From: Ramazzottius varieornatus
Lineage: Eukaryota > Animalia > Tardigrada
Reading direction: 5' to 3'
Assembly: GCA_001949185.1 (NCBI GenBank)
Contig: BDGG01000011.1
Span: forward strand, 1,746,423 to 1,810,422
DNA: 64,000 bases
The notes under the pieces are model-generated. The model did not search any database and was not told where the DNA came from. It saw only the letters and a list, made by a program, of their open reading frames with translations. Position numbers and translations under genes: made by a program. Below are positions 1 to 13,217 of the stretch, piece after piece (position 1 is the first letter of the stretch; each line of letters begins with the position of its first letter).

Positions 1-109
1 TTCAGATTTTGCTGGACAGAATCACGCCATCCGGCAACGAAACTCTTCACACTTTTCCTTTTGGTTTATTAGGCAGGTGAAATAAATGTGCTGGTTCTTC
101 AGCACTTAC

Positions 110-272
110 CCCAGCGGTTTGTACACGTACCACGCACAATAACGCGAAGTGCTTGGATGCCTTGAGCGTCTTCCACATCAAACGATACCAATCCCCGTAC
201 AGCTTCTCCGCTTTGATAAACTGGCGAGTGTGCTCGTGAAAGGATAATACGGTAATGCCGAACATTTGCCAT
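110..272 (-). CDS. alpha-arrestin (ARRDC-like), first coding exon; the gene continues toward/beyond the window start
   Basis: ATG at 272 gives MANVRHYRIILSRAHSPVYQSGEAVRGLVSFDVEDAQGIQALRVIVRGTCTNRW, followed by a GTAAGT donor at 109. This matches the arrestin_N start pattern (Y..GE.V.G.V ... G....W). The frame is not in the ORF track. Confidence 0.8.
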
Positions 273-1043
273 TCCTAAACTTTTTGATTCGCACCAGCCT
301 ATTTCCAGCGTTAACTATCTCCTGCAGCGCAGAAAAAACAGTCGTTTAAAGATCTGGTTGCATAAGCACATAGTTTCCGCGTGGATACCATCCCGCTGAG
401 CTACTGCTGAAAATCCGTGCACGTGAAAATCGATATGTGTTTGTGGGGAACATAAACAACCCTCACGGTTCCGTCTCGTGACTAGATCGATGACTGCAGT
501 TTGGCGTAATCGATTCGCTATTTAATAATGCCGCTCAGTAGTTGATTAGCCGGTATGAAACTTAGCTAGTGCAGTTTCCTGCTACGGAGGTTTATATCAT
601 TTTACACCATGCAAAAATTATTAATTGTCTGTAATTTTCACCGCTGCGTCTTTTCGAATAGAAGGACTTAAACCTTGAACCCCAAATGGAAATCCCGATG
701 AACGATATACAGCTGTCGAACTTACACGCTGAAGGGGTTGGTCCGCCCCTGCAGCGAATAATTCCACCCTGCACCTCATAGGTAAGTCTGAAACATGGCG
801 TAGGGACAACTGATCGACTGGCTGACACACAAAAATATCAAGTACTTCAGCTTGTCTCAGATATGAATTAACCGGTACAGTAACTTTCGTAGTTTGCGCA
901 GTATCTTTTGAGACTGCGAAATCTCAAAGCTTGACTTCAGTGTTTGCTGTTGTTGTTCCGATGACGCATTCATCGTGTCACATGTGGTGGGGCTTCTTCT
1001 GAAAACCAAAAACGATAACACCGCACACTCAAATCAAGCTGAT

Positions 1044-2100
1044 TCAAGACCGCAGTTTTGCTGAATTGGATTGGTGCTGACCTTCTGGGGCGATGTGAAT
1101 GCTGAGTTGGTCGTAGGCGGGAGGCCCGGGAGTCGCTGCTCGGGAAGGAACCAGTTCTCGCATGAAACGTCGGGACCGACGCAGTCCGGTGACAGCTTCT
1201 GTGTTTTGGTTGAGCTGAGGCAGGAGTACAACAGAAGAACTTGGGCATTCTCGTGAAAAGGCTATACCAGACGCATAAGTGCCAACTGTCAACGGAAGTT
1301 TCACAGACAACATGTCTGCACCATTTCATGCGAACAGCACCACCTACGGATAAACAGTTAGTACCCTGGAATTTGATTAGGATCGGAAGAAAGAAAGTGG
1401 TAATTTCTCATCGCACAAAATAATTGATTTTGAATGCACGGCAACTTGATATGCTGGGTGCAGTTCTTAGTGGTAATCAATTTCGGGTCCAGCTTACCCG
1501 GCTGTACAGTATGGCGGAATGTCCTCCGACATTTTCGTCGTCAACATTTCAATTAAGATTAAATCGAGTTCAATTTTGGTTAACGTGTGCTGACCACCGC
1601 TTTCTCACGGCACCACACCTTCTTTCCTTCCCTCCCATCCAAGCTCTATACTGTCCACGCTGCTTTCATATCGATATGCATCATTAGTTTTTTGCACCCG
1701 ATACCAGGTTTCTTATCAGCCCTTTCATTCTCTCTGTACAACGCAGCCTACATTCTCCCTGATCATGTTCTACGCCGATGGGCAAACAGCATTCATTCGT
1801 TTTGCTTCTCGTGTCGCTGCACGAGAAGAATTTCTTCCACCCGCTCACCCTACACTTTCTGTGCTGGTTCTCTGTTCATTAAAGGGGGCATTCAAATTCG
1901 CGTCGCATCCGAATTACGAGTGCCTCCATTCCGGTAAAGTCACGTCTGCGTTCGTTCAGTAATGTACACGCTAGTTAATAGCGCAACTCAGCGTGTTCAC
2001 TGTTTGAACTTGCGAAGCTTTGCTTTCGACATAGCCATACGGATGCCGGAAGCGGGTTCTTTGGCCCGCTGCTCACAATACTGGAAAGACAGACGTCCTG
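1044..2100 (-). pseudogene. decayed alpha-arrestin paralog
   Basis: The C-terminus LSVKLPLTVGT...PGPPAY resembles the end of arrestin_C plus a PPxY motif, but it is preceded by an in-frame TGA (1326-1328). Upstream, LPASV...HAELRY*LACTL resembles the arrestin_N LP.SF..G.IRY segment and carries a stop and an apparent frameshift. Confidence 0.55.
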
Positions 2101-4737
2101 TCCGCCACAGTAGCCCTGAACATCAGCGAGGTAAGCCGGAGTGTAAAAGTTTGCCGTCCTGATAGCGATTTAAGACAGATGAACAATTATGTACCGTGCT
2201 GTTGGTGTTCATTCTTAAGCTGATACAACCGGCATGGTCACCACAACACTCGCTGGGCCTTTCATCAAACGTCGCAACGGGGAAGAAATATTTCGTATGG
2301 TTTATGTTGACCGGTGAACAACATCGAAAGGTGTCCGATTATCTTCCTACGGAAAAATTTTTACTCCGAAGCCAATATCATGATGGTGGTCTTCATAAAG
2401 GTGATCCTTTCCGCCTCGTGAGCCAGAAAAAATGCCGAGTTATCTTCGCTGTACGGGGATTGTCTGATTTTCAATTATGCAAGGTTTATGTGTCGCAGCT
2501 GGAAGCATTCAAACTTAATCGGGTAGTCAAACGAGGTATCGGGTTTATCCTTCACTGCACCTTGTGCGGTTCCGGGTACTCCTTCGTCACGTTCTAGGAT
2601 ACCACCTTGAAAAACACTTCTTGTATGAAGGCAAGTCGGGTCTTTTACGCCTATCGAAATATGTTTACGTGACGAGACACGTTGCCGAGCTGTTGGTCAA
2701 CGACATGCAAGACCATGCTTTCCCCTCAAGCTGCTCTACAACACGGACTACCCATGAGCCACTCCTTTTTTTTAAAAATCCACTCGCGCTCCACCTTCGA
2801 CGGCTTTGCAGAATCAAAACGCCTGACGCTGCACTGCCCAAAAACAAGTCCGCGATCAAAGCTCTTCCAGATCTACCGCGTACTTTGATGTGTAGTATTC
2901 CAAACGCAAAATCTTTTACGTCAACGAGATCGAGCACGCACAACTGCAGTAAATACGCCATGCAGTGAGGCTGCCCATTTTTGCACGTGATCGGTGGAGT
3001 ATGAAAGATCTGTCATCGCCACTTCGAAATGCCCATGCAGGTGAGAAAACTCGTCACTTTAGTTTGCAAAGAGAAATGGCAGCCACGCTGTTCTGTTCTA
3101 CATTTCAACTATAAATCAAACAGTTGCGATGGAAAATATCTGACTGCTACGGGTCTGCATCAACGAACCGAAACACGGTTTTCTGTGTTGCGGTGACCAC
3201 TTGGGACTAGCCGAGCAGCACGCTTTTCCAGTTATGACAAAAAAAAACTGCCGCAGAAATCAACGCCGGAAAAACGGTAGTCGCTCCATCTGATGCTGCG
3301 ATTCGTAAACCCATAGAAGTGAAAACACACTGCGTAGCAGGTAGTTCTCACACAGGTGAAGTCAGTGGCGGCCATGCAAAATGATTTGCCGGCAAAGACA
3401 GATAGTGCCCGAATGTACGACTTGGCGACGAGGTAAGCCGCAGAATTGCGCCTGGCATGATAACGCAAGGGCTAATGTACCGTTCGGCTGATTGAACTTG
3501 ATTTTGTACGACAAATTCAATCAATCCGTTTCAAAATTTATACTACGTAAACATACGCGTCCTTAAGTCAAAAGAGTTCGTCATCGACAGATCGTACTTC
3601 TGCGGTATCAGCTGTTATTGCCGGCAAATATATTACGTTGGCCGCCGCTGGGTGCCGTGAGCGTGAAATAAGATCACTTCAACATGGCTTATGTTGTTTG
3701 GAGGTTCTGGTCAGCTGCTTTGTTCGAGAACCCACGGCGAGAAGAAGAGAGGGTGCTGGAGTGGCGCACTACTTTGTGTTTGTTCACGGGTGCGGGTACA
3801 TCTCATCCTTCGCGCTATCGTACTGACAAGCCCTTAAATCTCCGGTCTTTGCAGGCCAGAACACTTCTGTTTTTTCCAAAGATCCGAAAGCTTATTGCAG
3901 GTGCTACTCGTAGTCTTAGAGTGCCTGCACCAACGTATCCAAGAAGATCGGAAAGGCTTCTGCCTTATGTACGTCAACATGTAAGTGCATATGTCCAGTA
4001 GCTAATGAAACAAAAGGGGTTGTGAACTTTTTCGTACAGTTTTCATTCGACTGTTGCAGCAGCAGCAATCTGACCGGTCTACCTGCTCTGTAAGAAAACC
4101 GCTTTCCGAAGCTTTTGGACCCGAAAAGAAGAACATGTTTCACGATGTATCGATTGCCATCGCAAGCCTACATTTGCGCAAACAACAAACGCGAAGAGCG
4201 CAAGACCGTTTGAAATCCGGAAAACTTTGCAGAGCGACATCCGGTGCCCACAGAAGTAGACACGATGTCTGCGGAACAGACCTCAAGCTATGTAACGAAC
4301 GTTTGTGGAGAGATTTAACACGTAAAACTAAAGGCTAGGTAGATGCCACAAAAGCTTTTCTCTCCTCAAATGATTGGATCCGTACTGCAAAGTGGCGAAA
4401 AAACCAGTCGTTGGGTAATACTTGGAGATTGTCACCGTGTTGCTCTAGTAAAGTTGGAGTCCAACAAGTTGGAGTCGTCACAAGTACGACGGCCACCCAA
4501 GATCAGCAATGATCTGTCATAGTTGATGTTTGGCGCCCGACCAGCTCGATCGGTAACAAATGAAGACCATGGGGTGACGATGACCCGTGAGCGTGACGGT
4601 AACTTTTGACTATCTTTGTTTGTGCTACCGCAAATATTACGCTGAATTCGACACGGCGAAGCCACTGACATTAATAAATGACTGAGTGAATTCTAGAAAC
4701 GGAAAGAAGCTTATTGGCTTTGGGATTGGAAAATGGC

Positions 4738-7700
4738 TCAACAGCGTATCAACTCTCGGAAGTGCGCGAAATTGACATCTTTCTTGAGCAGTTCCTCGAA
4801 TGGTGGCGCCGTTTTCTCGCACGCGAATAGTTTGCTGAAGATAACCGCCGCACTCTCGACTCCATTGATGGTGAACAAAACCTCCGCCAGTGGTTCCCAT
4901 TGCTCCGTAGTCGGATCAAACGAAGTATGGTAAGCACAGTCGGTCTCAGTTAACGATGAGAAAAGTACCAGTAGCTTTCCATTTTGACTGCAACATGAGG
5001 TAAAAAACTTCTTGTCTGATTTGAACTTTTCCTGTATATCGGCAGGATAGTCCAACGGTTCCCATTTTTGCTCGAAAAGGTCCATTCGCTCGCTGGAAAA
5101 AAATTCTGTCAAGCCCATTTGCAATGTGGGCACACGTAGTTACCTCCTCACTCATAAAACGGGAGATCGGTCACCCACGGGCAGGGACGCGTTAAGCAGT
5201 GGACCGACAGGGTTCGGCCCAGTTGCAATTTGAAAAGCTGGACCCATGGACTATGCGCTAGCTTCCGCCGACTCTAGAAGCACTTGAAGATGTGGCCCAC
5301 TGGGCTAGATCTCCGGACGGCGAAATCCTTTATCACTCGAACCCTCTGTCGGCGGAATCCTTGCACGGTTGAACCCTCCACCAGCTAAACCCTCCCACAA
5401 TAAAATCTTCTGTCAGCGAAACCTTGGATGGCTAAACCCCTCAAACCTCACGAGCCTCCTCCCCCCCCCCCCCCGAACGGTNNNNNNNNNNNNNNNNNNN
5501 NNNNNNNNNNNNNNNNNNNNNNNNNNNNNNNGGCCGGAACTGTAATTATTTTGGCCCCAGGGTCATTTGGCCCCACCGTTGTCCAGACCTCAACGTGTCC
5601 CTGCCCACGGATATCAAGATCACCAGGCCGAGCGAAGCGTGGCCCTTGTAAATCTGTTACGGTTCGAATGAACGATCAGATTGTTCGAGTTTTCACATAT
5701 CGCGAAGTCTGTTCTGTAAAACTGTGCCCCAGTTGATTCGGGTGGCAGTTGACCCGATAAAATCATTTCTGATAGGTTCAGTTTGGTTTTGGTACAGCCG
5801 CATGTCCTCTGCGACTGCAAGACGCTTGATTTTAATCCTTTCATTTTGTACTCCTTTATTGGTATTCTGTTACAGGGCCTGAGTTCCGGTTCATCCCCTG
5901 GACTTACTACTGGGGGTGAACTCATATTGTGAATTGTTCTACGTGTAGAGCTTGCTTGAGCCATGTATGGACGGCTGCTCTCCACAGAAAATAAAATATT
6001 GGCTTTCGTCACAACCCGTTGTATTGAGACGGCAATCCTTTCTCTTGGTCACTAAACACGTTCAGGCTCTGACCGTTCGACGATTGGTATAGCGACAAGG
6101 AGCAGTTGTCCAAACGCAGCTGTAGTATGCCGACCGAATTCCAAAGTTTGTTCGAGCCTTTCCAACTTTGCGGTTCAGACTGTCGGGTCTCAAGCGATCT
6201 GTGCCTCGTTAAACGGTGATCTGCATGCTTGATCGTTCCATACTGCGGTCCTACGACCGGTTCCAGTTTTAGACGGTTAATGCGCTTACGGAGCTGCTCA
6301 CCATACTGTCTGTACGAGACCAATCACCTGATCGAACACGTTCCCGATTATTTGATAAACTGAAGCCCAAACAGGACGTCGATCAGCTGATCGAGCTGCG
6401 CACGTTTTGGCGAGTAACCCAGTGCAGAGACGATGTTCCGCAGCAAAAGCAGCAATTGCAACATCTCGCAGGTATAACTCAAAGCTTTGTTATGGTCAAA
6501 ATTCTGCTCTACTGAATTTTTTTTCGGTAGTCATAAAGAATACGGGAAAAATGTGACCCTGGAACAGGCCTTTTCGATGGGTATCGAAGGTATTGGGTAG
6601 GTTCGACTAACCAGGGACATCTTGCACCCGCTGGAAAGCAGGATGCTCAGGCTGTCAGGCAGAAGTAAGGGAAAACGCGAAACCGAACAATAAACAAGCA
6701 TGCGCCTAAGGTGACGCAAGTGTCTAAAAATGTACCACGCCTTCAATGGCGAAGATAACGATTGTTTGTTAAGTGAAGCCACGGCATCACTGAGCATGCT
6801 GCCAACTGGCCGGTCAGCCGTTTTTGAATCGGAAACACTTGTTTGGCCAAACCCACTGCTGCGTGTTGGAATTATGCACTGTGATGGGGTGGCTTCAGTT
6901 AACAAACACTCGTTACCTTCGCCATCGGAAGCGTGGTATATTTTCAGACACTTGCGTTCCTTTAGGCCCACCTCTGACAGTACAGCAGGAAGTATCAGCC
7001 CTCTTCGCACACAGGGCTCAAGCGGTTTGCAATGTATGCCGTAGAGCACAACTACTGCACTGCCTGGTGAGACTCGTGCGGCACGTCATCGCATAAGTAA
7101 AGCAGAGGCCCGGTCCGCTTCGCGTGCCTTACCCATCCCTGCCAGGGTGTATTACTTGTACTTGCATGTGGTACGAGTTTCGTCAGGCAGTAAATTAAGT
7201 TTAGCAACGTTACTTTAGGACAGTCCTGACATCCGAATGACTGAGGAAGACTCAAATACCACCCATGTATCAAATATCACAAATCAAAGGCTTCGATTGA
7301 ACCCCCTTTTAAGTGACGCCATGGGTTCAACTTTCATTCATTCGGTTACCGAACCGTGAATAGTACTTGCGTCTTCGGTTGTCAGGAATGCGTACGGAAA
7401 TCAAACAGCCCAATCGGGAATCTTTTCGTGCAGCACGGCCCCAACGGTATGACAGACTTTCTTATTCCCTGATTTTCCACGCAAAGCGATTGACGAATTA
7501 AGTGAGTTGCTCATCGCGGCTAGCTTACCAGCTGCTAGAGTCCATGGCGTACAAGTAGTTGAACAAAACTGCGGTTCCCAAATTTGCTTTGGCTTGAAGC
7601 ATTGGATTCCCCAGGACCCACTGATCGTGGCCGGTCAGAGCTGTACCAGAGACAGAGTCTCTTGTACTGTCCTTTTCCGTGAGCCTGGTGGCATAAATTT

Positions 7701-8310
7701 GTACAGTCTTTCGTTTTCCCTTCCGTCCAAATCCGCCACAAAAATAGATATTGTTGCCGAAGACGCAGCTGCTGTGGCCGTAAACCTCTTCCAGCATGTT
7801 GTCACGAGGAACTGGTTTATGTAGACGTCCGTCCATCATTTGCATTCGGAAGTGCATCTTACTTGCGCGTCCCAGCTGTGGGTGCAAACCACAGATAAAG
7901 ATATGCCATTTCGGACAGAAAAACATTGCTTACGGTGTAGTCGAGACCGCCTGTAACGTATATACTCTCGTTCAAATATGTCAGTACGGCATTTCGTGGA
8001 TAACAGGTAAAGGCTCTCGGGTCATCGCGCGGATGGTCTCGGTCGAGGTGAGCTTTAAGAAACTCCAAGGTTGTTGGCGACTCTGAAGCAGGGTACCATG
8101 CGTCACTATCCTGGAAAAGGCACAGAGGTTGTCTGAATGGCATAGCATTCCATTCCACTTGATCTGTGTTTTCCTTCGTTTTCTCCTCTGCATCCGACCA
8201 ACTCTTGACATCAATCTTGCACGCGCCGTGTTGTCTCCACGTTCGACCGCAGTCATCTGTGCTGAAGGTCCGAAATTCTGCCCTCAGGTCCGCGGAACAA
8301 ACCACATCGA
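4738..8310 (-). CDS. kelch-repeat protein (5' exons not resolved)
   Basis: Exons 7934-8310, 7529-7875 and 4738-5092 splice in frame at GT/AG sites. Kelch motifs: IYVTGG, IYFCGG, LYAMDSSSC|ERMDLFEQKW, FDPTTEQW. Confidence 0.8.
5482..5531. other. assembly gap
   Basis: 50 N characters following a poly-C run. Confidence 1.
6701..6970. mobile_element. MITE-like foldback inside the kelch-gene intron
   Basis: Imperfect inverted arms of ~80-100 bp: acgcaagtgtctaaaaatgtaccacgc...gaagccac versus gtggcttc...cagacacttgcgt. Confidence 0.7.
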
Positions 8311-9552
8311 CTGAAACATAAAGAACAGTTTCATTGATCGTAAAAGTTTTGTGAAACGGCGAGAGGATAGTTCGAGGTCTTCTGCTTTAATCACTTTCTC
8401 TTGCTTGAGCGAACAAAACACTCCTGTAACGTTTACACCCAGCTAACAGTATGACGATTAGCAGTCCTAATCATAAGTACCAAAAATGGGAGATCTAGAC
8501 GGGTTGAACGGCAAGGACCTCGGTGGATCTGCCGGAAAGCATACGATGATCCTCGGACCACATATTCAAGGATGATCACCTAACACCAAGGCGCCAAGGA
8601 CAGATCGAAATGAAACAAATAGCATCTAAGATCATTGGACTCAGCGGTATACTGTGCCATGCAAAGTCGAAAAATTTGCGGTAGTTATTCAGGATCTGAA
8701 ACTTAAGAAATCGAAAAGCTGGCGTAAAGTAGAGGACAGGCAAATTTTACTGATTCGCTTATCATAATGACTGGCAAACATTATTCACTGCCCACGGTGA
8801 GACCTACTTAGCAGTTTTGCACCAGACATTGCATAGCGCGTACATGGTACTATCAGTATTGGTTGAGCTCTAGTCTTTGTGCTGCGTAATGCGGCAATAC
8901 CGGAAGAGAGAGTGGAGACTTGGTGTCAGATCTGATTGGGGCACAGCCACGAAAACATTGACACCCTCATCCCAGCGCGCGAATGCTGGTGCGCAGATAG
9001 AGAGTGCGTGTGCTTGTCGCCTCTTAACTCAAGGTACCATAGTCAGCTCATGGAAAACTAGGCCAGATGAACTGGGATGACAAGTCTAAGGAACCTGGTA
9101 ACAGGTGGAATACGTCTATTCCAACTGCGCCTAATTCCAACTGCACCTGAACGTGGCTCCAAAGAACCCGGGACCGAAAACCTCTATTCCGTAAATGCTT
9201 CGTGCCCGAGTTACACCTTTCCCTAACGTTTTTCTTATACCGTATAGACTTTTACCTCAATTAAATACGGCCTCGAAAGCTTCGGCTCTAGTGATCATTC
9301 TTCCTCAAAGCCATTGATATGGAGTAGTCAAACGCATTTGAATTCCGCTGTTGTGTAGTATTGTCCGGGCTTGCCCTTCTTTGTCAACCAAACGAAATCT
9401 TAGCGACAGTGTTTCACGCAGCTCAAAACCGGAATGAATAGAATGTTTTTCGAACCGAGCGGCACTAAAGCCACTCACCACACACTGGCTGATGCTGAGC
9501 CGAAAGACTGCTACATCGATCGAATCGTCGAATGCTGCGCTGTAGTTGTGTA

Positions 9553-9679
9553 TCCCCTCCAAAGGTTGGCGTAGTCACATGACAGGCCACTAAAATGAAC
9601 CCGGAAGATGCTAGCAGAGCGATCACCCTCGGCCTAATCTAGAGGCCTGTGATATGAATGCGCAGAACTTTTGAAGGAA
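9553..9679. mobile_element. TA-flanked MITE (same family as 20283-20412)
   Basis: Arms tcccctccaaaggttggcgtagtcacatgacaggcc / ggcctgtgatatgaatgcgcagaacttttgaaggaa, with TA on both sides. Confidence 0.65.
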
Positions 9680-10164
9680 TACAGTATGTGCGGGGCCCAT
9701 ACTCGCTACAGGCGTCAGGCGGGTCAGATGTTTGAAAAAGAACTATGATGTTCACACTCTGAGTCGCAGTACCTATTTCAAGTCGACTAGCCGGATACGT
9801 GTGGCTGATAAGTCGGCCAGGGTCGTCAGGCCGGTATCGATTTCGCTAACACTGCATCCCTGAAAGAATGACTAATGAAGCATACGGTGGTGAGCTCAAT
9901 CGTAAAACTGATTGCTCGGTCTCGTTAACAGTTTTCTCCCGGCTAAGGCATGGATAAAGTGCTTGTACTTATCAGTGGCTCCTTCTTGCACTCAGTTCAA
10001 CAGTACTCCAGGCAGAAAAAGACATTCTTCCTCAGGTATTAGGTGGCAACGCTCTTGTCTCTTTGCTAATCAAAGTGGAGAAACATATGACTGGAATGTG
10101 TTAGTTTTGTAGGCAAGAGCGTTCTGTAGAGCCGGCTTCAACATTACAACAACAGGAACAAACT

Positions 10165-11724
10165 TCAGGCGCGCTTACCTCTTGTGATGATCGTATTTAA
10201 GACAGCGGGTTTACGGAATAGTGGCCATGCCCATTCCATCCGTTTCAGTTGTCCACCTGGCGTTTTGTGATGGTACTCATTGACATAGTTCTTTCTCAGT
10301 TTGGTGAAAGGGGTAGATGCGCTACCTCCCTCGCTGTCAGTGGTAACGGCAGCCGCCAGATGGCATCCAGGGTTGAGCTCTTCTAAAACTTTTGTCATGT
10401 GGGCAGGCCAGTCTTTGACGCCAGCCGTTCCGCACTCTTTTCGATACTCCTCTAATCCACCACAAAGAGTCTTGATTGTCTCACATGCATCCTTGTCAGC
10501 ATATTTTCTGTCGTCCTTTTCAACGTTCTCCTGCCAGAGAATGAACAACCCTTCCGTTTCGGTGCGACTAAAAACCAGACCAGCTTCGGTTCCATCGTTG
10601 AGTATGACAGGAAATTTAAGTTTTTCTTCTTTGAGACACTTTCCGATCCACCGCTCTATGTGAGCCCTCTGCGACGTCTTCTCGTTCATTACAATTCGGT
10701 TATCAATGAAAGTCTCGTTGTCTGTTGGGTTCGAGTACCAAACTGTCCACAAAAACAGGGGATATTTCGCTGTCAAAGAGTTTTCTATAGTTCTGGCCCG
10801 CTCAGCCAGAGTTCGCTTCTTATCAGCGGTGAAAAACTCCCGGAGTTGTGTTGCGCTATCAGGAAAGTAAGGATTGTACCGTCCTCTCTTTGCTTCGTCT
10901 GCGAACGTTTCGATATCTTTTCGGAGTTCTCCTGTTTTGATGACCCTCCATCGGTAGTGCCTCAAGATATCATCAAGCGCTACTTTAGCTTGCAGATAGT
11001 TGTCGAACAGCATTTCTATTTGATCTTGCTCGTAGTTTTTCCCCACCCAGCCTTGTTGGTGGGAGTGAGCTTGGTTGGCCGTTGCTTCCATCTGTTGCTG
11101 TTGCGGAAGGCTCGAGTTACCGGTGGTAGAAGCATTGCTGTCTGTACGACGCTGACACTTTTTTGGCTGGTAAAAGTAAGCCAGGTTTTCGTACAGGTAG
11201 CAGATAACGAAGGTTCTAAAGATAACTTCCTCTAATAGATTCAGTTCTGTTTTTAAAGTGTCAAAATTCTCGCTGTGTTGGTCGACTTGTCCCAGTTTCT
11301 CTCCCAACAGTCTTACAGGGTAGGTAGACGGACGTTGATAAAGCTTTTTACAGAGAGCCTTATATTGGATAATCAGTTCTCCATCATCGTACGACCTCAA
11401 TGCCTCCATCCTTTCTTCTGGAGTCATATGGTCACTCACCGTTGATAGTAGTTTGTCCAGTTCTTTATGCAGGTCGTGCGCTTCCTTTTCCAGCTCTAAG
11501 CGAACCATATCAGCATCCTCTTTTCGTAGAGCACTCTTGATTTGATCATCTCCTTTTGCATTAGCGCCGCGATGGGCTCCTCGTGGTATAGCTCCGACAC
11601 TGAATTTGGCAAGGTAATCGCTGATGCAACTATAGACGGTTTCCACACTGCTTTGCAATTTTGGTATGACATACGGGCCTACGCTCGTCAGCATACCAAT
11701 TGCACTCTCCACAATCCCAGCCAT
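10165..11724 (-). CDS. intronless ~519-aa uncharacterised protein, rapunzel/SE-cephalotoxin-like motif
   Basis: Long uninterrupted ORF from the first ATG at 11724. Amphipathic N-terminus MAGIVESAIGMLTSVG, a helical body, and the motif IENSLTAKYPLFLWTVWYSNP. Confidence 0.7.
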   Translation of the reverse strand: MAGIVESAIGMLTSVGPYVIPKLQSSVETVYSCISDYLAKFSVGAIPRGAHRGANAKGDDQIKSALRKEDADMVRLELEKEAHDLHKELDKLLSTVSDHMTPEERMEALRSYDDGELIIQYKALCKKLYQRPSTYPVRLLGEKLGQVDQHSENFDTLKTELNLLEEVIFRTFVICYLYENLAYFYQPKKCQRRTDSNASTTGNSSLPQQQQMEATANQAHSHQQGWVGKNYEQDQIEMLFDNYLQAKVALDDILRHYRWRVIKTGELRKDIETFADEAKRGRYNPYFPDSATQLREFFTADKKRTLAERARTIENSLTAKYPLFLWTVWYSNPTDNETFIDNRIVMNEKTSQRAHIERWIGKCLKEEKLKFPVILNDGTEAGLVFSRTETEGLFILWQENVEKDDRKYADKDACETIKTLCGGLEEYRKECGTAGVKDWPAHMTKVLEELNPGCHLAAAVTTDSEGGSASTPFTKLRKNYVNEYHHKTPGGQLKRMEWAWPLFRKPAVLNTIITRGKRA

Positions 11725-12348
11725 AAGTTGAGCAGCCAACGAGTGAGGGAAAATACACAGCTAAAAGGAACAAGTTCTCGTGGAGAACCTTAGGAAGAGG
11801 TGAGGACACCCTAGCCAACGTAGACTGCGCCCCATCCAGTCTAAAGGCTTTACTGTGCTCGATTTGTCCAAGCTAATCGCCTACTGATAGTATAGTGATA
11901 ATCACATGGTCTGACGATAACCATGCCAGGTAACTCGGCTTACAGCAAGGGGAACTAGCCGGAGACTACGTCGATGTCGATGCCAAACAGCCGAAATAAG
12001 GATAGCAGCTGAGTTTACCCATGTCGAGGGTTGGCCAGTTTACATTCAGGGTGCGCTTCTGGATATGAAAATATATCGCTAGTGCAAGTCGTGTTTGGCT
12101 GAGTCTTCAAGCTGCTTCACCAGCAAACAAAGGAACGTTACTGCTTGGCCAAAACCCCGTCTCCGGCAATCTGCTCACAGCTGGACAAAAGAGCGAGCAA
12201 AGCCTTTTGATTACGGTTTCCAGTTTCCAGTAGAGCGATAAGCCACTGTCCCCATCAACAGTGCTGAAATTTCTAATCGACGCAAATTTGAAAGTGGTAT
12301 TTCTCACTACCTGTTGGTTTTTATTGTTGTAATTAATTCATTCGTCAG

Positions 12349-13217
12349 CCTGCAGCGGAATGATGTTCGGCTGTGCGAAAAACCCAGCGAGCGATGAGAA
12401 AGCCTTGGACGGCTCCGTGTTTGAACTGACTTTGCAGCGCGCGTACGGCTTTGTTGATCGCGAAATTTTGAGAAAGCTTTGTGACAAAGGGATATATCAG
12501 CTGACAAACCCCGGGGACACCAAATCCCTTTTGCAGAGCATTCGCCAGTCGCAGACAAAATGCATGTTTCTGATGGACCGGGATTACGGAAGTGTGTTTG
12601 ATGACTTCGAACATCTTCAACTGTACCTTGATAATGATTGTACGCTAGGGGTTGTGGTCGAGGCTCTTGTTCTTATGCTAAAATTCACTGCGTCATCACG
12701 AGCCGTGAAAAATTTCAGCAAATCAGTCCGCAAGTTATCGGAAACTCAGACATTTTGTATCGGATCGATTACAAACGAGTACGTTCATTCAAACAATAAA
12801 TCAGTTGAAGTTTACTAAGTAACCTAACATTTGTTAACTTCCAGAACATTCGTCCAAGGGCTTCAGAAGGAAGTTAATGAGGTTGGCAGACGTGACACCA
12901 TCCTCTATCAGCGACTGGTGTATCACTTGCAAGCCACTTGCGCTTTGATGACTCTTAGTCACCTGTTCGATTGTGTCATAAAGCTGTACAACAATTGCCA
13001 CAAAATGGATGGCTTAAACGCAGAAGAACTGGAATCGCACTTGCATAAGGAAGCAGAAAGTTGTTTGCAAACGGCGGGAAAGTTTCTTCAAGGCCTGACC
13101 ATGGTGGTCAAGTTCCCCATGAGAGAGTCTGATGCACCTCGAACAGCGACCGTGTATTCCAAGCTGCCTCAAAACCTTTCATCGTACGCAGAAACATCAG
13201 CTTCCGAGACGGGGTAA
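12349..13217 (+). CDS. uncharacterised helical protein, two exons (5' end unresolved)
   Basis: ORFs 12360-12818 and 12831-13217 join in frame through a GT-AG intron at 12779-12844 (ITNE|TFVQGL). Confidence 0.5.

Noticed and set aside
2196-4338. Assorted 60-134-aa ORFs
   Set aside because: No recognisable motifs or consistent splice structure.
6531-7049. ORFs with an internally repeated peptide
   Set aside because: An artefact of the inverted-repeat MITE.
10301-11793. Plus-strand ORFs over the 519-aa gene
   Set aside because: Antisense shadows with no protein-like motifs.
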